A stretch of DNA of 64,000 nt from Alphaproteobacteria bacterium (GTDB taxonomy: Bacteria > Pseudomonadota > Alphaproteobacteria > JAAXGF01). This document shows, in pieces, positions 11,737-23,133 of the stretch (position 1 is its first letter; each line of letters begins with the position of its first letter). The notes beneath the pieces were generated by a model that was not told the origin of the DNA, did no database searches, and saw only the letters and a program-made list of their open reading frames with translations. The stretch covers positions 2,496,001 to 2,560,000 of the forward strand of contig CAUVXB020000002.1 of the NCBI GenBank assembly GCA_963555825.3, written 5' to 3'. A program made the translations under genes and the position numbers.

Positions 11737-13401
11737 ATGGCCGAGCGCCGCGTGAAGTGGCCCGGGCGCGGGCTCGGCCGCCGTCTGCGCGCCCGCGCCG
11801 GCGCGGCCGTCGAGGGCGCGGTTTACGGCTCGTCGCTGTACCGCTTCAGCCTGCGCGGGCGCCGTCCCGACGCGCTTCGCTTCGCACCGTCCGATCCGAT
11901 GCCCGGCGACGCCGACCGCGGCCGCGCGCTGATCGGTGGTGACTACGGCTTCGGCGGCGAGCATGTGACGTGCGGCCACGGCGTGCCGTGGCGCAACGAA
12001 CGCGTCGGCCAGTCATGGCTCGTCGAGGCGCATGGTTTCGCCTGGCTGCGCGACCTCGCCGCGGTCGGCGGCGCCGAGGCACGCGCCGCGGCGCGCGCCG
12101 CGCTCGGCGATTGGATCGCCGACTGCGGCGACTGGCGGCCGATCGCCTGGCGACCGGACGTGCTGGGCCGCCGCATCGTCGCCTGGCTGAGCCACGCGTC
12201 GCTGCTGCTCGACGACGACAATGCGCTTGCGGCGCTGGCGCGCGCGAGCCTCGCCGAACAGTTGCGTCATCTCGGCCGAACCGCGGCCAACGCCGCCGAT
12301 GGCGAGGCGCGCATCGCGGCACTGATGGGGCTGGTGATCGGCGGGCTCGCGCTCGACGGCGGCGAGCGACGGCTGGCGCGCGGTTTGCAGCTGCTCGACC
12401 AGGAGATCGCCCGGCAGGTGCTGGCCGACGGCGGCCATGTCGAACGCAGTCCGTCGGCGCATCTCGCGGTGCTCCTGGATCTGGCGTCGATCCGCGCCGC
12501 ACTGGTCGCGTCGCAGACGCCGGTGCCGGATACGCTGCAGGGCGCGATTGACCGCATGGCGCCGATGCTGCGGTTCTTTCGCCACGGCGACGGCGGCCTT
12601 GCCCTGTTCAACGACTCGAACGAAGAGGGTCCGGCGGCGATCGACATCGCGCTGGGTCTCGGCGAGGCGACCGGCGCCGCGCCGAAGAGCGCGCCGCACG
12701 CCGGGTTCGAGCGCATCGCGGCGCGTCATTCGCTGCTGATCGTCGATGTCGGCGGACCGCCGCCCACCGACAGCCGCCATAGCCATGCCGGACCGCTCTC
12801 CTTCGAGTTCAGCGTCGGCGCCGCCCGGCTGATCGTGAACTGCGGCGCCCATGGCGGCGACCGTCCCGAATGGCGCGAGGCGCAGCGCGCGACGGCGGCC
12901 CATTCGACGGTCACCGTCGATGATACCAACGCATTCGAGATCGCGCCCGACGGGGCGCCCGCCGCGCGGCGCATCACGGCCACCGGCACGCGCAACGAAG
13001 ATGACGGCAACACCTGGCTCGAGGCGCGCCACGACGGCTATCAGGCGGCCTTCGGCCTGAGCCACGCCCGCCGGCTCTATCTCGACACCGAGGGCACCGA
13101 CCTGCGCGGCGAGGACTGCCTCTCGGGGCCCGGCGGCACCGGCTTCACCGTGCGCTTTCACCTGCACCCCGATGTCAGGGTCTCGCTGGTCGGCGAAGGC
13201 GCCGGGGCGTTGCTTCGCCTGCCGGACGGCGCCGGCTGGCGGTTGCGCGCCGCGGGCGCCGCCATGCGCATCGCCGAGAGCGTATATCTGGGCCGTCGAA
13301 ACGAGGTCAGGCGGTCGGAGCAAGTCATCCTGAGCGGCCCGCTGACCGGCGGCACGACGATCGTCAAATGGGCGCTCTCACGCATCGCGCGGGTGAGCTA
13401 G
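11737..13401 (+). CDS. Heparinase II/III family protein
   Basis: HGDGGLALFN, HAGPLSFEFS, ATAAHSTV, HDGY; usual rsmB-rpe neighbour. Confidence 0.9.
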   Translation: MAERRVKWPGRGLGRRLRARAGAAVEGAVYGSSLYRFSLRGRRPDALRFAPSDPMPGDADRGRALIGGDYGFGGEHVTCGHGVPWRNERVGQSWLVEAHGFAWLRDLAAVGGAEARAAARAALGDWIADCGDWRPIAWRPDVLGRRIVAWLSHASLLLDDDNALAALARASLAEQLRHLGRTAANAADGEARIAALMGLVIGGLALDGGERRLARGLQLLDQEIARQVLADGGHVERSPSAHLAVLLDLASIRAALVASQTPVPDTLQGAIDRMAPMLRFFRHGDGGLALFNDSNEEGPAAIDIALGLGEATGAAPKSAPHAGFERIAARHSLLIVDVGGPPPTDSRHSHAGPLSFEFSVGAARLIVNCGAHGGDRPEWREAQRATAAHSTVTVDDTNAFEIAPDGAPAARRITATGTRNEDDGNTWLEARHDGYQAAFGLSHARRLYLDTEGTDLRGEDCLSGPGGTGFTVRFHLHPDVRVSLVGEGAGALLRLPDGAGWRLRAAGAAMRIAESVYLGRRNEVRRSEQVILSGPLTGGTTIVKWALSRIARVS

Positions 13402-13417
13402 CGCCCCCCTCGCGAAT

Positions 13418-13496
13418 AATTAAGGGGACGTGATACTTAATTCCAACCAAATATTTATACTGTCACCACATAATTAAGTATCACGTCCCCTTAATT
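13418..13496. repeat. Perfect 25-bp AT-rich inverted repeat (REP-doublet-like)
   Basis: aattaaggggacgtgatacttaatt-N29-aattaagtatcacgtccccttaatt. Confidence 0.9.
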
Positions 13497-13523
13497 TGAC
13501 GGACGGCCCGCCCGGTGCACGGG

Positions 13524-14789
13524 CTAGAGCTCCCAGCGGCGCATGCCGGCAGGCAGCGCGGTATCGCGCCACATGCCCTTGACGTCGGCGATCAGCGCGT
13601 CGGGTGCGGCGATGCGCGCGAAGGTCTCGGTGGTGAAGCCGCGAAACGCGTCATGGGCGACGGCGCCGACGACCACGTCGTAGCCTGTCGCGTCGTCGAG
13701 CGCCCCGATCGGGCGCATGCCGTGGACCGACGCGGCCTCCTCTGCATCGGCCAGTGGGTCGTGGACGTCGACCTCGAGCCCGTGTGCCTTGAGACCCTGG
13801 ACGACATCGACGACCTGGCTGTTGCGCAGGTCAGGCACGTTCTCCTTGAAGGTGACGCCGAGCACCAGCGCCCGCCCGTCAACGACGCGGTCGGCGATCT
13901 CGTCGGCGACAAAGCGGCCCATGCCGTCGTTGATGCGTCGACCGGCGAGAATGATCTCGGGGTCGTGGCCCACTTGGCGCGCTAGGTGCGCCAGGTAGAA
14001 CGGGTCGACGCCGATGCAGTGGCCGCCGACCAGGCCCGGCCGAAAATCGAGGAAGTTCCACTTGGTGCGCGCGGCGTCGAGCACGTCGTGGCTCGAGATG
14101 TCCAGCTTGTGGAAGATGCGTGTCACCTCGTTGACGAAGGCGATGTTGATGTCGCGCTGGGCGTTCTCGATGACCTTGGCGGCTTCGGCGGTCCGAATGT
14201 TGCGCGCGACGAACACGCCGCCCGCGGTGATCGCGCCGTACATCGCCTCGAGCGTGGCTGTCGCCTCGGGCGTCTGGCCGGCGACCACCTTGGTGATGCG
14301 CTCGACGCTGTGCTCGTGGTCGCCCGGGTTGATGCGCTCGGGCGCGTAGCCCAGGAGAAAATCCTCGCCGGCGGTGAGGCCCGACGCCGCCTCGATCTCG
14401 GGGCCGCAGATGTCCTCGGTGACGCCCGGATAGACGGTGCTCTCGACGACCACCAGCGCGCCCTTGGCGAGCTGGGCGCCGACCGTGCGAGACGCGCCGA
14501 TCAGCGCGCCGAGGTCGGGCTCGCGCCGTTCGTCGACCGGCGTCGGCACGGCGATCACGAAGACGTCCGAGCCAGCCATCTCGGCCGGCTCGTCGGCGAG
14601 GGCGGCGGTGGTCGAAGCCAAGGCCGCCGGCGCGACCTCGCGGGTCCGGTCGTGGCCGGCGCGCAGCTCTGCGATGCGCGCCGCGTCGTGGTCGTAGCCG
14701 ACCACGTCGAAATAGCGCGCGAGCGCAATGGTCAGCGGCAAGCCGACGTAGCCGAGGCCAACCACAGAAATTCGCGAGGGCGAGGTCAT
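13524..14789 (-). CDS. UDP-N-acetylhexosamine 6-dehydrogenase (TviB/WbpO-like)
   Basis: GLGYVG, ESTVYPG, PERINPG, GGHCIGVDP. Confidence 0.92.
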   Translation of the reverse strand: MTSPSRISVVGLGYVGLPLTIALARYFDVVGYDHDAARIAELRAGHDRTREVAPAALASTTAALADEPAEMAGSDVFVIAVPTPVDERREPDLGALIGASRTVGAQLAKGALVVVESTVYPGVTEDICGPEIEAASGLTAGEDFLLGYAPERINPGDHEHSVERITKVVAGQTPEATATLEAMYGAITAGGVFVARNIRTAEAAKVIENAQRDINIAFVNEVTRIFHKLDISSHDVLDAARTKWNFLDFRPGLVGGHCIGVDPFYLAHLARQVGHDPEIILAGRRINDGMGRFVADEIADRVVDGRALVLGVTFKENVPDLRNSQVVDVVQGLKAHGLEVDVHDPLADAEEAASVHGMRPIGALDDATGYDVVVGAVAHDAFRGFTTETFARIAAPDALIADVKGMWRDTALPAGMRRWEL

Positions 14790-14824
14790 CGATGTCTTCC
14801 TGTTGCGGCGTGAACGTTGATCGT

Positions 14825-15023
14825 CTAGCGCATAATCCGATCGATTGGAATCGATCGGATTATGCCAGCCCGCGCCGATCTTATCCCAACAAGAGGGCGG
14901 GCCGCCGACCGTTCGGCCACCCTTGATCCCACAAGAACGGCTTGATGCCATAAGATTGGCGTGCGCGGCGATTGAGCGCAGGTCATCTTTGACGCGCGTA
15001 ATGATGACCGGACAATGCTCTAG
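14825..15023 (+). mobile_element. Family-B repeat copy 3, bounded by CTAG-containing imperfect inverted ends (MITE-like)
   Basis: ctagcgcataatccgatc ... gaccggacaatgctctag; hairpin ataatccgatcgatt-gg-aatcgatcggattat; family-B core at 14865. Confidence 0.85.
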
Positions 15024-15042
15024 CGCCCCAACCGGCGCGTTG

Positions 15043-16179
15043 TCAATTGGCCGAGAGTCCGAGGCGGTCGAGCTGGCGGGCGATGACGCGGCGTTCGTCA
15101 TAGAACGTAGCGGCCCGTGCGCGGCCCGCCGCGCCCCAGGCTTCGCGCAGCTTCGGGTCGATGACCAAGCGATCGATCGCCGCACCGAGTGCGCGCGCGT
15201 CGGCGACCGGCACGAGCGCCCCGGTCTCACCGGCGACGACTTCCTCGCGCGCGCCGCGAATGTCGGTCGCGACGACCGGCAGGCCGGTCATCATGGCCTC
15301 GATGATCGAGCGCGGCATGCCCTCGCGATGCGACGCGAGCACGAAGACGTCGGCGGCGCGCAATAGCTCGGCAACATCGTCGCGCACGCCCAACAGGCGC
15401 AGCCGCAGCGCCAGTGATGGATCCGCTTGCGCCTGCGCGATGGCATCGTCGATCGATCGCGCGTGCTCGCTCGCCAGGCGCTCGCCGACGACCCAAAGAT
15501 GGGCGTCGACGTCGCGCATGGCCTCGAACAGCTCGGCATAGCCCTTCTCGGCGACCAGCCGGCCGACGCAGACGACGACCACGGCGGCATCGGGCGTGTC
15601 GAGACATTCGCGCAGCGCCCGGCGGCCGGCGCCGCCGTCGGTGGCCGGCGCGAAGCGCGTGACGTCGACGCCGTTGCCGATCGCCTCGATCACGCCGTCC
15701 GGGCACAGATTGTGGCGGCGCGCCGTCTCGGCATCCTCCTCGGCCTGGGTGAACAAGACGTCGGTGACGCGCCCGGCGAGCCATTCGAGCGCGATGAACA
15801 GGGCGCGCTTTGGCCAGGCCATGCGCTCGTGGAAATAGAAGCCGTGCGCGGTGTAGACGATGCGCGGTACGCCGGCGCGCCAGGCGGCGAGGCGGCCGAT
15901 CAGGCCGGCGACCGGCGTGTGCACATGGACCATGTCGAAGCATTCGGCGCGGAACAAAGCGACCAGTCGCCGATAGGCGCGGGCGTGGCGCGCCAGGTTG
16001 AAATCGCGCGAAAATGGCGCCGTCTCGACGCGCAGGCCGGTGTCGCGCACGCGCGCCAGCAGGGGCCCGTCGGCGCAGACCCCGACCACCTCGTGGCCGG
16101 CGTCGCGCTCGGCGAGCATCAGCGGCTCGAGGAAGCGATGGAGCGTGAAGTCGACCGCGCAGAGCTGGCAGATCTTCAT
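15043..16179 (-). CDS. Glycosyltransferase family 4
   Basis: YTAHGFYF, VGRLVAEKG, REGMPRSIIEAM; ATGA overlap with asnB. Confidence 0.92.
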   Translation of the reverse strand: MKICQLCAVDFTLHRFLEPLMLAERDAGHEVVGVCADGPLLARVRDTGLRVETAPFSRDFNLARHARAYRRLVALFRAECFDMVHVHTPVAGLIGRLAAWRAGVPRIVYTAHGFYFHERMAWPKRALFIALEWLAGRVTDVLFTQAEEDAETARRHNLCPDGVIEAIGNGVDVTRFAPATDGGAGRRALRECLDTPDAAVVVVCVGRLVAEKGYAELFEAMRDVDAHLWVVGERLASEHARSIDDAIAQAQADPSLALRLRLLGVRDDVAELLRAADVFVLASHREGMPRSIIEAMMTGLPVVATDIRGAREEVVAGETGALVPVADARALGAAIDRLVIDPKLREAWGAAGRARAATFYDERRVIARQLDRLGLSAN

Positions 16180-18089
16180 GCCGGCCGCGCCGGGGGTTGG
16201 GCCGGGTCGATCCACATGGAGAACCATTGTTCGAGCATCAAAAGCGCCCAGATGCGCGGGTGGTCGAGGTGGCGTCCGGCGACATGATCGTCGAGCAGAC
16301 GGCGCACCGCCTCGGGACGGAACAGGCCGCGTTCGATGGCGCGCGGCGAGAGCAGCGTGTCGTACGCCATCTCCTTCAGTTCATTGCGCAGCCAACGGTC
16401 GATCGGCACGCCGAAACCCATCTTCGGCCGGTCGACGACCGCGCGCGGCAGGCGCTCGGCCATGATCGATTTCAGCAGTGATTTGGTTCGCATGCCGGTC
16501 ATCTTCTGGCTTGCCGGGATGGTCGCTGCGTATGCCATCAGTTCGTGGTCGAGGAACGGCGAGCGGCCCTCGAGGCCGTGCGCCATGGTCGCGACGTCGA
16601 CCTTGACCAGCAGATCGTCGGGCAGATAGGCGTGGATGTCGGTATAGGCGGCGCGCTCGGCCGTGCAGCGCTGGCCATCCAACCACGGTGCGAGAACCGA
16701 ACCCGATCGGCAATCGAGCTGGTCGCGCATGCCGTCACCGTACAGCGCATCCTTTTGGGCGTCGCTGAAATAGGCCATCCAGTTCGCGTAGCGCTCGGCG
16801 TCGGGCGCCGCCGCGTCGACCAGGAACCGGCGGACATAACGGGCGCCGCGGCGCGCGCTGGTCTCGAAGGGAAGCGCGCGGCCGATCGCCGCCATCGCCC
16901 GGCGCGCCGCCGCGGGCAGCGCGTCGAGCCAGCCGGCGGCGCGACACCCGGCGTAGCGCGGATAGCCGAGGAAGCCCTCGTCGCCGCCGTCGCCGTTGAG
17001 CGCGACGGTGACGTGACGCCGGGTGATCTCGGAGACGTACCAGGTCGGCACGGCCGACGAATCGGCGAACGGCTCGCCGTAGTGCCAGGCGAGCTTGGGG
17101 ACGATTGCGACGGCGTCGGGCTCGACGACGAACTCGTGGTGATCGGTGCCGTAACGCTCGGCGACCATGCGGGCATAGCGCCGCTCGTCATACGCCGCGT
17201 CCTCGAAGCCGATGGTGAAGGTCTTGACCGGGCGGTCCGAGGCGCGCGCCATCGACGCGACGACCGATGCCGAATCGATGCCGCCCGACAGAAAGGCGCC
17301 GAGTGGCACGTCCGAGACCAGCCGCATACGCACCGCCTCGTCGAAGCGCTGCGTGATTGCTTCCTTCAGCTCTTCGACCGGCCGCGGCCGCGCCGTTTCC
17401 GGTTCGGGGAGCGACCAATAGCGCTCGCTGCGCGCCGCGCCGTCGCCTTCGACGACCATGTAATGGGCGGCGTCGAGCCGCGCGACGCCGGCGAAGGCGG
17501 TCATCGGCGCGGGCACATACTGCAACGTCAGGTAATGGTGGATCGCGGTCAGGTCGGGCACGCGCGGCATGCCGGGCCAAGCCAGGATCGCCTTGATCTC
17601 GGAACCGAACAGGAGCTTGCCGTCGTGCCAGGCGTAATAGAGTGGCTTCTGGCCCAACCGGTCGCGGGCGAGCAGCAGTCGACGGTGGCGCGCATCCCAC
17701 AGGACGAAGGCGAACATACCGCGTAGCCGCGCAATCACGCCCTCGCCCCATTGCTTGTATCCGTTGACGATGACCTCGGCGTCGCCGCGGCTCTTGAACC
17801 GGTGGCCCCGTTCCATCAGCTCTTCGCGCAGCTCTCGAAAATTGTAGATTTCGCCGTTATGGACGAGGTGAACGATGCCTTCCGAATCGCTCATCGGCTG
17901 GTCGGCCGCCGCGCTCAGGTCGATGATCGCGAGCCGCGCATGGCCCAGCCCGACATGCGCGTCGCGCCAGACGAAAAGACCGTCGGGGCCGCGATGACTC
18001 AAGGTCGAGATCATGCCGCGGACATCGTCGCCCAACGCCTCGCGCGCCACGATCGGCGAGGCTGACCAGACGCCGGCGATACCGCACAT
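16176..18089 (-). CDS. asnB: Asparagine synthase-like glutamine amidotransferase (glycan amidation, WbpS-like)
   Basis: MCGIAG, HRGPDG, NGEIYN, LSGGIDS. Confidence 0.93.
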   Translation of the reverse strand: MCGIAGVWSASPIVAREALGDDVRGMISTLSHRGPDGLFVWRDAHVGLGHARLAIIDLSAAADQPMSDSEGIVHLVHNGEIYNFRELREELMERGHRFKSRGDAEVIVNGYKQWGEGVIARLRGMFAFVLWDARHRRLLLARDRLGQKPLYYAWHDGKLLFGSEIKAILAWPGMPRVPDLTAIHHYLTLQYVPAPMTAFAGVARLDAAHYMVVEGDGAARSERYWSLPEPETARPRPVEELKEAITQRFDEAVRMRLVSDVPLGAFLSGGIDSASVVASMARASDRPVKTFTIGFEDAAYDERRYARMVAERYGTDHHEFVVEPDAVAIVPKLAWHYGEPFADSSAVPTWYVSEITRRHVTVALNGDGGDEGFLGYPRYAGCRAAGWLDALPAAARRAMAAIGRALPFETSARRGARYVRRFLVDAAAPDAERYANWMAYFSDAQKDALYGDGMRDQLDCRSGSVLAPWLDGQRCTAERAAYTDIHAYLPDDLLVKVDVATMAHGLEGRSPFLDHELMAYAATIPASQKMTGMRTKSLLKSIMAERLPRAVVDRPKMGFGVPIDRWLRNELKEMAYDTLLSPRAIERGLFRPEAVRRLLDDHVAGRHLDHPRIWALLMLEQWFSMWIDPAQPPARPA

Positions 18090-18097
18090 GGCGCGTT

Positions 18098-18379
18098 ATA
18101 CCAAGGATCAGTGATAAAGGCCCATAGAGATCGCGTCCGCTTTTCGCCGGTGAGGCAAGGGAGCCGCAGGCGATGCAGCGCATCGGCTAGGCTTCTTGAC
18201 GCCTGCCGGCGATAAGCGGCCGCGACCCGGAGGGCGGCTTGCCGAGGCTCTCGCCCGCTATCAGACTGGCGGACGTCGTTCCGCCCGTCTCGCGATGCGC
18301 TGCATCGCCGCGACGGGCGCGCCTAGCCGAGAACCACGGCAAGCCGTCTCTATGGGTCTTTATCACTGATCCTTGGTAT
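18098..18379. mobile_element. Family-A MITE copy 2 (282 bp)
   Basis: Same TIRs as 4940-5239; one internal hairpin loop is 18 bp shorter. Confidence 0.9.
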
Positions 18380-18404
18380 TGCCGGTTTCGCGGGGAACGG
18401 GCCG

Positions 18405-19430
18405 TCACGCCGGCGCCGCGCCGCGTGCCGGTTCCAGCCCCAGTTCGCGCGCCACGACGCTGTGAATATGGACGGCGCCGACGATCGCGCCGTCCGCATC
18501 GGTACATACCAGCTGGATGATCGCGAGCTGCTCCATCACGCGCAATGCCTCGATGGCGAGCGCATCGCCCGAAATCGCCTTGGGGCCGGTCGACATCAGG
18601 TCGGCGGCGGTGCCGCCGGCGAGACCGTCGACGGCCAAGGCCGCGCGGCGAATATCCCCGTCGTTGATAAAGCCGACGTCGGCCGCCTTCACGCCGGCCT
18701 GCCGCGGCCTGTCGCTGACGATCGCGAAGCCGAGCCCACTGTCGGTTATCGCGCCGGCGACCGCGGCGCTCGGCGTCTCGGGCGCGAGCCAGGCAAGGCG
18801 GTCGAGCGGCAGCATGACGTCCGACACCTTGCGCAGTTTCTGGCCGAGCGCGCCGCCCGGATGGTAGCGATGGAACTGTTGCGCCGAGAAGCCGCGCAGC
18901 GAGAGGCTCGCCATCATCAGCGCGTCGCACAGCGCGAGCGTGGCGGTCGACGACGAGGTCGGCGCGACGCGGCCGATGCCCGCCTCCGCCTCGACGCCGG
19001 TCTCGACGACCCAGTCGACATAATCCGCCAAGGGGCAATCCGCCCGGCGCGTGATCAGAGCGGCCGAGACGCCGAACTGCTTGATCGCGGGGATCAGCGT
19101 CACCAACTCGTCGGTGCGGCCAGAATGGCTCAGCAGGATTGCCAGCGAGGCATGCTCGGCGATGCCGATGTCGCCGTGCAGCGCGTCGGTTGGGTGCAGA
19201 AACGCGGCGCCGTGCCCGGTCGACAGCATGCTGGCGGCGAATTTGCGCCCGATGTAGCCCGACTTGCCGGCGCCGACCACCATGGTAAAGCTGTCCGGCG
19301 CGGCGAGCGCGCGGACGGTCGCCACGAAGTCGTCACCCAGCCGTGCCGCCGCGCCCTCGAGATGCGCCGCGCCCTCGCGTAGCACCTCCGCGCCGGCGGC
19401 GATGATCTGCTGATCGGCCGATTGGTTCAT
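18405..19430 (-). CDS. KpsF/GutQ arabinose-5-phosphate isomerase (SIS + CBS)
   Basis: GAGKSG, HPTDALHGD, APTSS, HPGGALG. Confidence 0.9.
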   Translation of the reverse strand: MNQSADQQIIAAGAEVLREGAAHLEGAAARLGDDFVATVRALAAPDSFTMVVGAGKSGYIGRKFAASMLSTGHGAAFLHPTDALHGDIGIAEHASLAILLSHSGRTDELVTLIPAIKQFGVSAALITRRADCPLADYVDWVVETGVEAEAGIGRVAPTSSSTATLALCDALMMASLSLRGFSAQQFHRYHPGGALGQKLRKVSDVMLPLDRLAWLAPETPSAAVAGAITDSGLGFAIVSDRPRQAGVKAADVGFINDGDIRRAALAVDGLAGGTAADLMSTGPKAISGDALAIEALRVMEQLAIIQLVCTDADGAIVGAVHIHSVVARELGLEPARGAAPA

Positions 19431-19614
19431 GGTGGCGGGCCCCGCGCAACGGTTCGACATCGATTATGGCCTCGGCGTCATCGGCCGATGCGTGGCAAAG
19501 ATACAGGAACGGCGGGCGCTTCTGAACCTTTCTGTGGCGCGGACGGCGGATTGGCGGCGATCCCGGCGCACTGCCTCTTGTGGTATTGCCTCGCTGCGAT
19601 CAAAATGGCCGCCG

Positions 19615-21528
19615 ATGGCTAAAATCCGGCTCAACCGACGGCTGATCGCGGTGATCCACGACCTGATCATGGCCGCGGTATCGTTCGTCCTGGCGCTCTA
19701 TCTGCGGCTCGGCGACGCGACGTTCGCCTTCACCTCGGATTTCGTTGTCGAGGCGACAGTCTTGTTCACCCTGGTCTGCGGCGCGGTGTTCTGGCGCGTC
19801 GGCTTTCATCGGTCGCTGTGGCGCTACGCCTCGTTGGACGACCTCTTGGCGCTGATCAAGGGCGTCACGCTGGCCCTGTTGATCTTCCTGCCGCTGCTGT
19901 TCCTCGCCACGCGTCTCGAGCTCTATCCGCGTTCGGCGGTGGTCATCAACTGGTTCGTGCTGATCGCGCTGTTGGGCGGGCCGCGCTTCGTCTATCGCAT
20001 GATCAAGGACCGCGGCATCAGCCTGGCGTTGAAGCCGGCGAGCCTGCAGCGCATTCCGGTGCTGCTGGTCGGCGCCGGCGACGCGGCCGAGTTGTTCATC
20101 CGCGAGATGGCGCGCAGCGCCGCGACGGCGGACTATGAGGTGGTCGGCGTCGTCGACGATCGGCCCGAGCTGGCCGGCGTACGGATCCGCGGCGTCGCCG
20201 TGCTCGGCACGCTCGACGAACTCGACGCGGTGGTCGACAAGCTCGGTCGCCGTGGCCGCAAGCCGCAGCGCCTGATCCTCGCCGAACGAACCGACGGCGA
20301 GACCGTGCGGCGCCTGTTGGACGCGGCCGATGGCCTCGGCATGACGCTCGCCCGGCTGCCCCGGCTGACCAACTTCGAGAGCGGCGACGACAAACCGATC
20401 ACGGTGCGGCCGATTGCCGTCGAGGACTTGCTCGGCCGGCCACAGACCGTGCTCGACCGCGAAGCCATGCGCGCGCTGATCGCTGGAAAGCGCATCCTGG
20501 TGACCGGCGCGGGCGGCACTATCGGCGCCGAGCTGGTGCGTCAGGCGGCGGCCTTTGGCCCGGCGCATATCACGCTGTTCGACAACGCCGAGTTCAACCT
20601 CTACACGATCGACAGCGCGCTCGCCGCGCAATGGCCCGAGACACCGCGCAGCGCGATGCTCGGCGACGTCGGCGACCGCACGCGCATCGATGCGGTGTTC
20701 GCGCGCGAGCGCCCCGAGTTGGTGTTCCACGCCGCCGCCTTCAAGCACGTGCCGATGGTCGAGGCCAATCCCAACGAGGGCGTGCTGACCAACGTCGTCG
20801 GCACGCGCCATGTGGCCGACGCTTGCCGCGCCGCGGCGGTCGAGGCGATGGTGCTGATCTCGACCGACAAGGCGGTCGAGCCGTCCAGCGTGATGGGCGC
20901 GACCAAGCGTATCGCCGAGCTCTATTGCCAGGCGCTCGGCGCGACGCTCGGGCCCGGCGGCACGCGCTTCATCACCGTGCGCTTCGGCAACGTGCTCGGC
21001 TCGACCGGTTCGGTCGTGCCGCTGTTCCAACGCCAGCTCGCCGACGGCGGCCCACTGACCGTCACGCATCCCGACATGACGCGCTTCTTCATGACCGTGC
21101 GCGAGGCGGTCGAGCTGGTCCTGCAGGCCTCGGCGATCGGCGGCGGCGCGGCCGCGCGCGGTGGCGAGATTTTCGTCCTCGAGATGGGACAGCCGGTGCG
21201 CATCGTCGACCTCGCGCGGCAGATGATCCGGCTCGCCGGCCTGCGCCCCGACGAGGACATCGAGATCGTGTTTTCGGATATCCGTCCCGGCGAGAAGCTG
21301 CACGAGAGCCTGTTCTACGCCACCGAGCAGCGCCTTGCGACCGAACACGACGGCGTGCTGCTCGCCACCTCGCCGCCGGCCGACCTCGCCCGGCTACAAC
21401 GTCAGTTGACCGAGTTGGCGACCGCGGCCGAGGCGCGGCGCACGACCGAGACGCTGGCGCTGATCCACCGCCTGGTCGCCGACTATGGCCCGGCCGAATC
21501 CGGCCAGCGCGCCAGGGCCCGGGCCTGA
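19615..21528 (+). CDS. Membrane-bound UDP-GlcNAc 4,6-dehydratase (CapD/WbpM/PglF family)
   Basis: N-terminal TMs; [31 protein letters not shown]. Confidence 0.93.
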   Translation: MAKIRLNRRLIAVIHDLIMAAVSFVLALYLRLGDATFAFTSDFVVEATVLFTLVCGAVFWRVGFHRSLWRYASLDDLLALIKGVTLALLIFLPLLFLATRLELYPRSAVVINWFVLIALLGGPRFVYRMIKDRGISLALKPASLQRIPVLLVGAGDAAELFIREMARSAATADYEVVGVVDDRPELAGVRIRGVAVLGTLDELDAVVDKLGRRGRKPQRLILAERTDGETVRRLLDAADGLGMTLARLPRLTNFESGDDKPITVRPIAVEDLLGRPQTVLDREAMRALIAGKRILVTGAGGTIGAELVRQAAAFGPAHITLFDNAEFNLYTIDSALAAQWPETPRSAMLGDVGDRTRIDAVFARERPELVFHAAAFKHVPMVEANPNEGVLTNVVGTRHVADACRAAAVEAMVLISTDKAVEPSSVMGATKRIAELYCQALGATLGPGGTRFITVRFGNVLGSTGSVVPLFQRQLADGGPLTVTHPDMTRFFMTVREAVELVLQASAIGGGAAARGGEIFVLEMGQPVRIVDLARQMIRLAGLRPDEDIEIVFSDIRPGEKLHESLFYATEQRLATEHDGVLLATSPPADLARLQRQLTELATAAEARRTTETLALIHRLVADYGPAESGQRARARA

Positions 21529-21535
21529 GCCGGCG

Positions 21536-23122
21536 ATGACCGACGCGCCGCCGACGCCGATCACCCGCGCCCTCCTGTCGGTGTCCGACAAGACGGGTCT
21601 GGCCGAATTTGGCGCCTTTCTCGCCGGCCACGGCGTCGAGATCCTGTCGACCGGCGGCACGGCGCAAGCGCTGCGCGACGCCGGCATCACGGTCGTCGAC
21701 GTCGCCGAGCACACCGGCTTTCCCGAAATGATGGGCGGTCGCGTCAAGACGCTGCACCCGATGGTCCATGGCGGCATCCTCGCGCTGCGCGACGACGCCG
21801 GGCACCGCGCCGCGATGGACGCCCACGGCATCGCGCCGATCGACCTGGTCGTGGTCAACCTGTACCCCTTCGAGGCGGCGCTAGCGCGCGACGCCGATTT
21901 CGCCACCTGCATCGAGAATATCGACATCGGCGGCCCGGCGATGATCCGCTCGGCAGCCAAGAACCACGCCCATGTCACCGTCGTCGTCGATGCCGCCGAT
22001 TACGCCGCGGTGATGGCCGACATGGCGGCGGGCGGCGGCGGCGTGAGCGGTGCGCTACGCCGTCGGCTGGCCGCTGCGGCTTACGCCCGCACGGCGGCCT
22101 ACGACGCGGCGATCACGCGCTGGCTGGCCGCCGAGACGGGTGAGGCGCTGCCCGAGCGCCTGGCTGTCTCGGCCGTGCGCCGCCAGGCCTTGCGCTATGG
22201 CGAGAACCCGCACCAAGAGGCGGCGTTCTACGTCGGCGGCGACGCGCGGCCCGGCGTGGCGACCGCCGAGCAGGCGCAGGGCAAGGCGCTCAGCTACAAC
22301 AACCTCAACGACACCGACGCCGCCTTCGAGCTGGTCGCCGAGTTCGAGCCCCCGGCGATCGCCATCATCAAGCACGCCAACCCTTGCGGCGTCGCGGTCG
22401 CGGGCTCGCTCGCCGAGGCCTACGCCAAGGCGCTGGCCTGCGACCCGGTCAGCGCGTTCGGCGGCATCGTCGCGGCCAACCGGCCGCTCGACGGCGCGAC
22501 GGCGGCCGAGATCGCCATGCTGTTCGTCGAGGTGGTCATCGCGCCCGACGCCGACGCGGACGCGCGCGAAGCGCTCGCCGCCAAGCGGAACCTGCGGCTG
22601 CTCCTGACCGGCGCGATGCCCGATGCGGCGGCCGGCGGCCTGGTGCCGCGCGCATTGGCCGGCGGCTATCTGGTGCAGACCCGCGACAACGGGCGTATCG
22701 CGCCCGAGGACCTGAAGGTCGTCACCGAGCGCGCGCCGAGCGAGACAGAGCGCGCCGACCTCGTCTTCGCCTTCACGGTCGCCAAGCACGTCAAGTCGAA
22801 CGCCATCGTCTACGCCAAAGGCGGCGCGACGGTCGGTGTCGGCGCCGGGCAAATGAGCCGCGTCGATGCCTCGCGCATGGCCGCCTGGAAGGCGGCCGAC
22901 GCGGCCCGGGCGGCGGGCGCGGCCGAGAGCCCGGCGATCGGCTCGGTAGTCGCCTCGGACGCCTTTTTCCCGTTTGCCGACGGCCTCATGGCGGCGGCCG
23001 AGGCGGGCGCCACGGCAATCATCCAGCCGGGCGGCTCGATGCGCGACGACGAGGTCATCGCCGCCGCCGACGCCGCCGGCCTTGCCATGGTGTTCACCGG
23101 CATGCGCCACTTCCGGCATTAG
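21536..23122 (+). CDS. purH: Bifunctional AICAR transformylase/IMP cyclohydrolase
   Basis: [38 protein letters not shown]. Confidence 0.98.
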   Translation: MTDAPPTPITRALLSVSDKTGLAEFGAFLAGHGVEILSTGGTAQALRDAGITVVDVAEHTGFPEMMGGRVKTLHPMVHGGILALRDDAGHRAAMDAHGIAPIDLVVVNLYPFEAALARDADFATCIENIDIGGPAMIRSAAKNHAHVTVVVDAADYAAVMADMAAGGGGVSGALRRRLAAAAYARTAAYDAAITRWLAAETGEALPERLAVSAVRRQALRYGENPHQEAAFYVGGDARPGVATAEQAQGKALSYNNLNDTDAAFELVAEFEPPAIAIIKHANPCGVAVAGSLAEAYAKALACDPVSAFGGIVAANRPLDGATAAEIAMLFVEVVIAPDADADAREALAAKRNLRLLLTGAMPDAAAGGLVPRALAGGYLVQTRDNGRIAPEDLKVVTERAPSETERADLVFAFTVAKHVKSNAIVYAKGGATVGVGAGQMSRVDASRMAAWKAADAARAAGAAESPAIGSVVASDAFFPFADGLMAAAEAGATAIIQPGGSMRDDEVIAAADAAGLAMVFTGMRHFRH

Positions 23123-23133
23123 AGCGGATTTCT

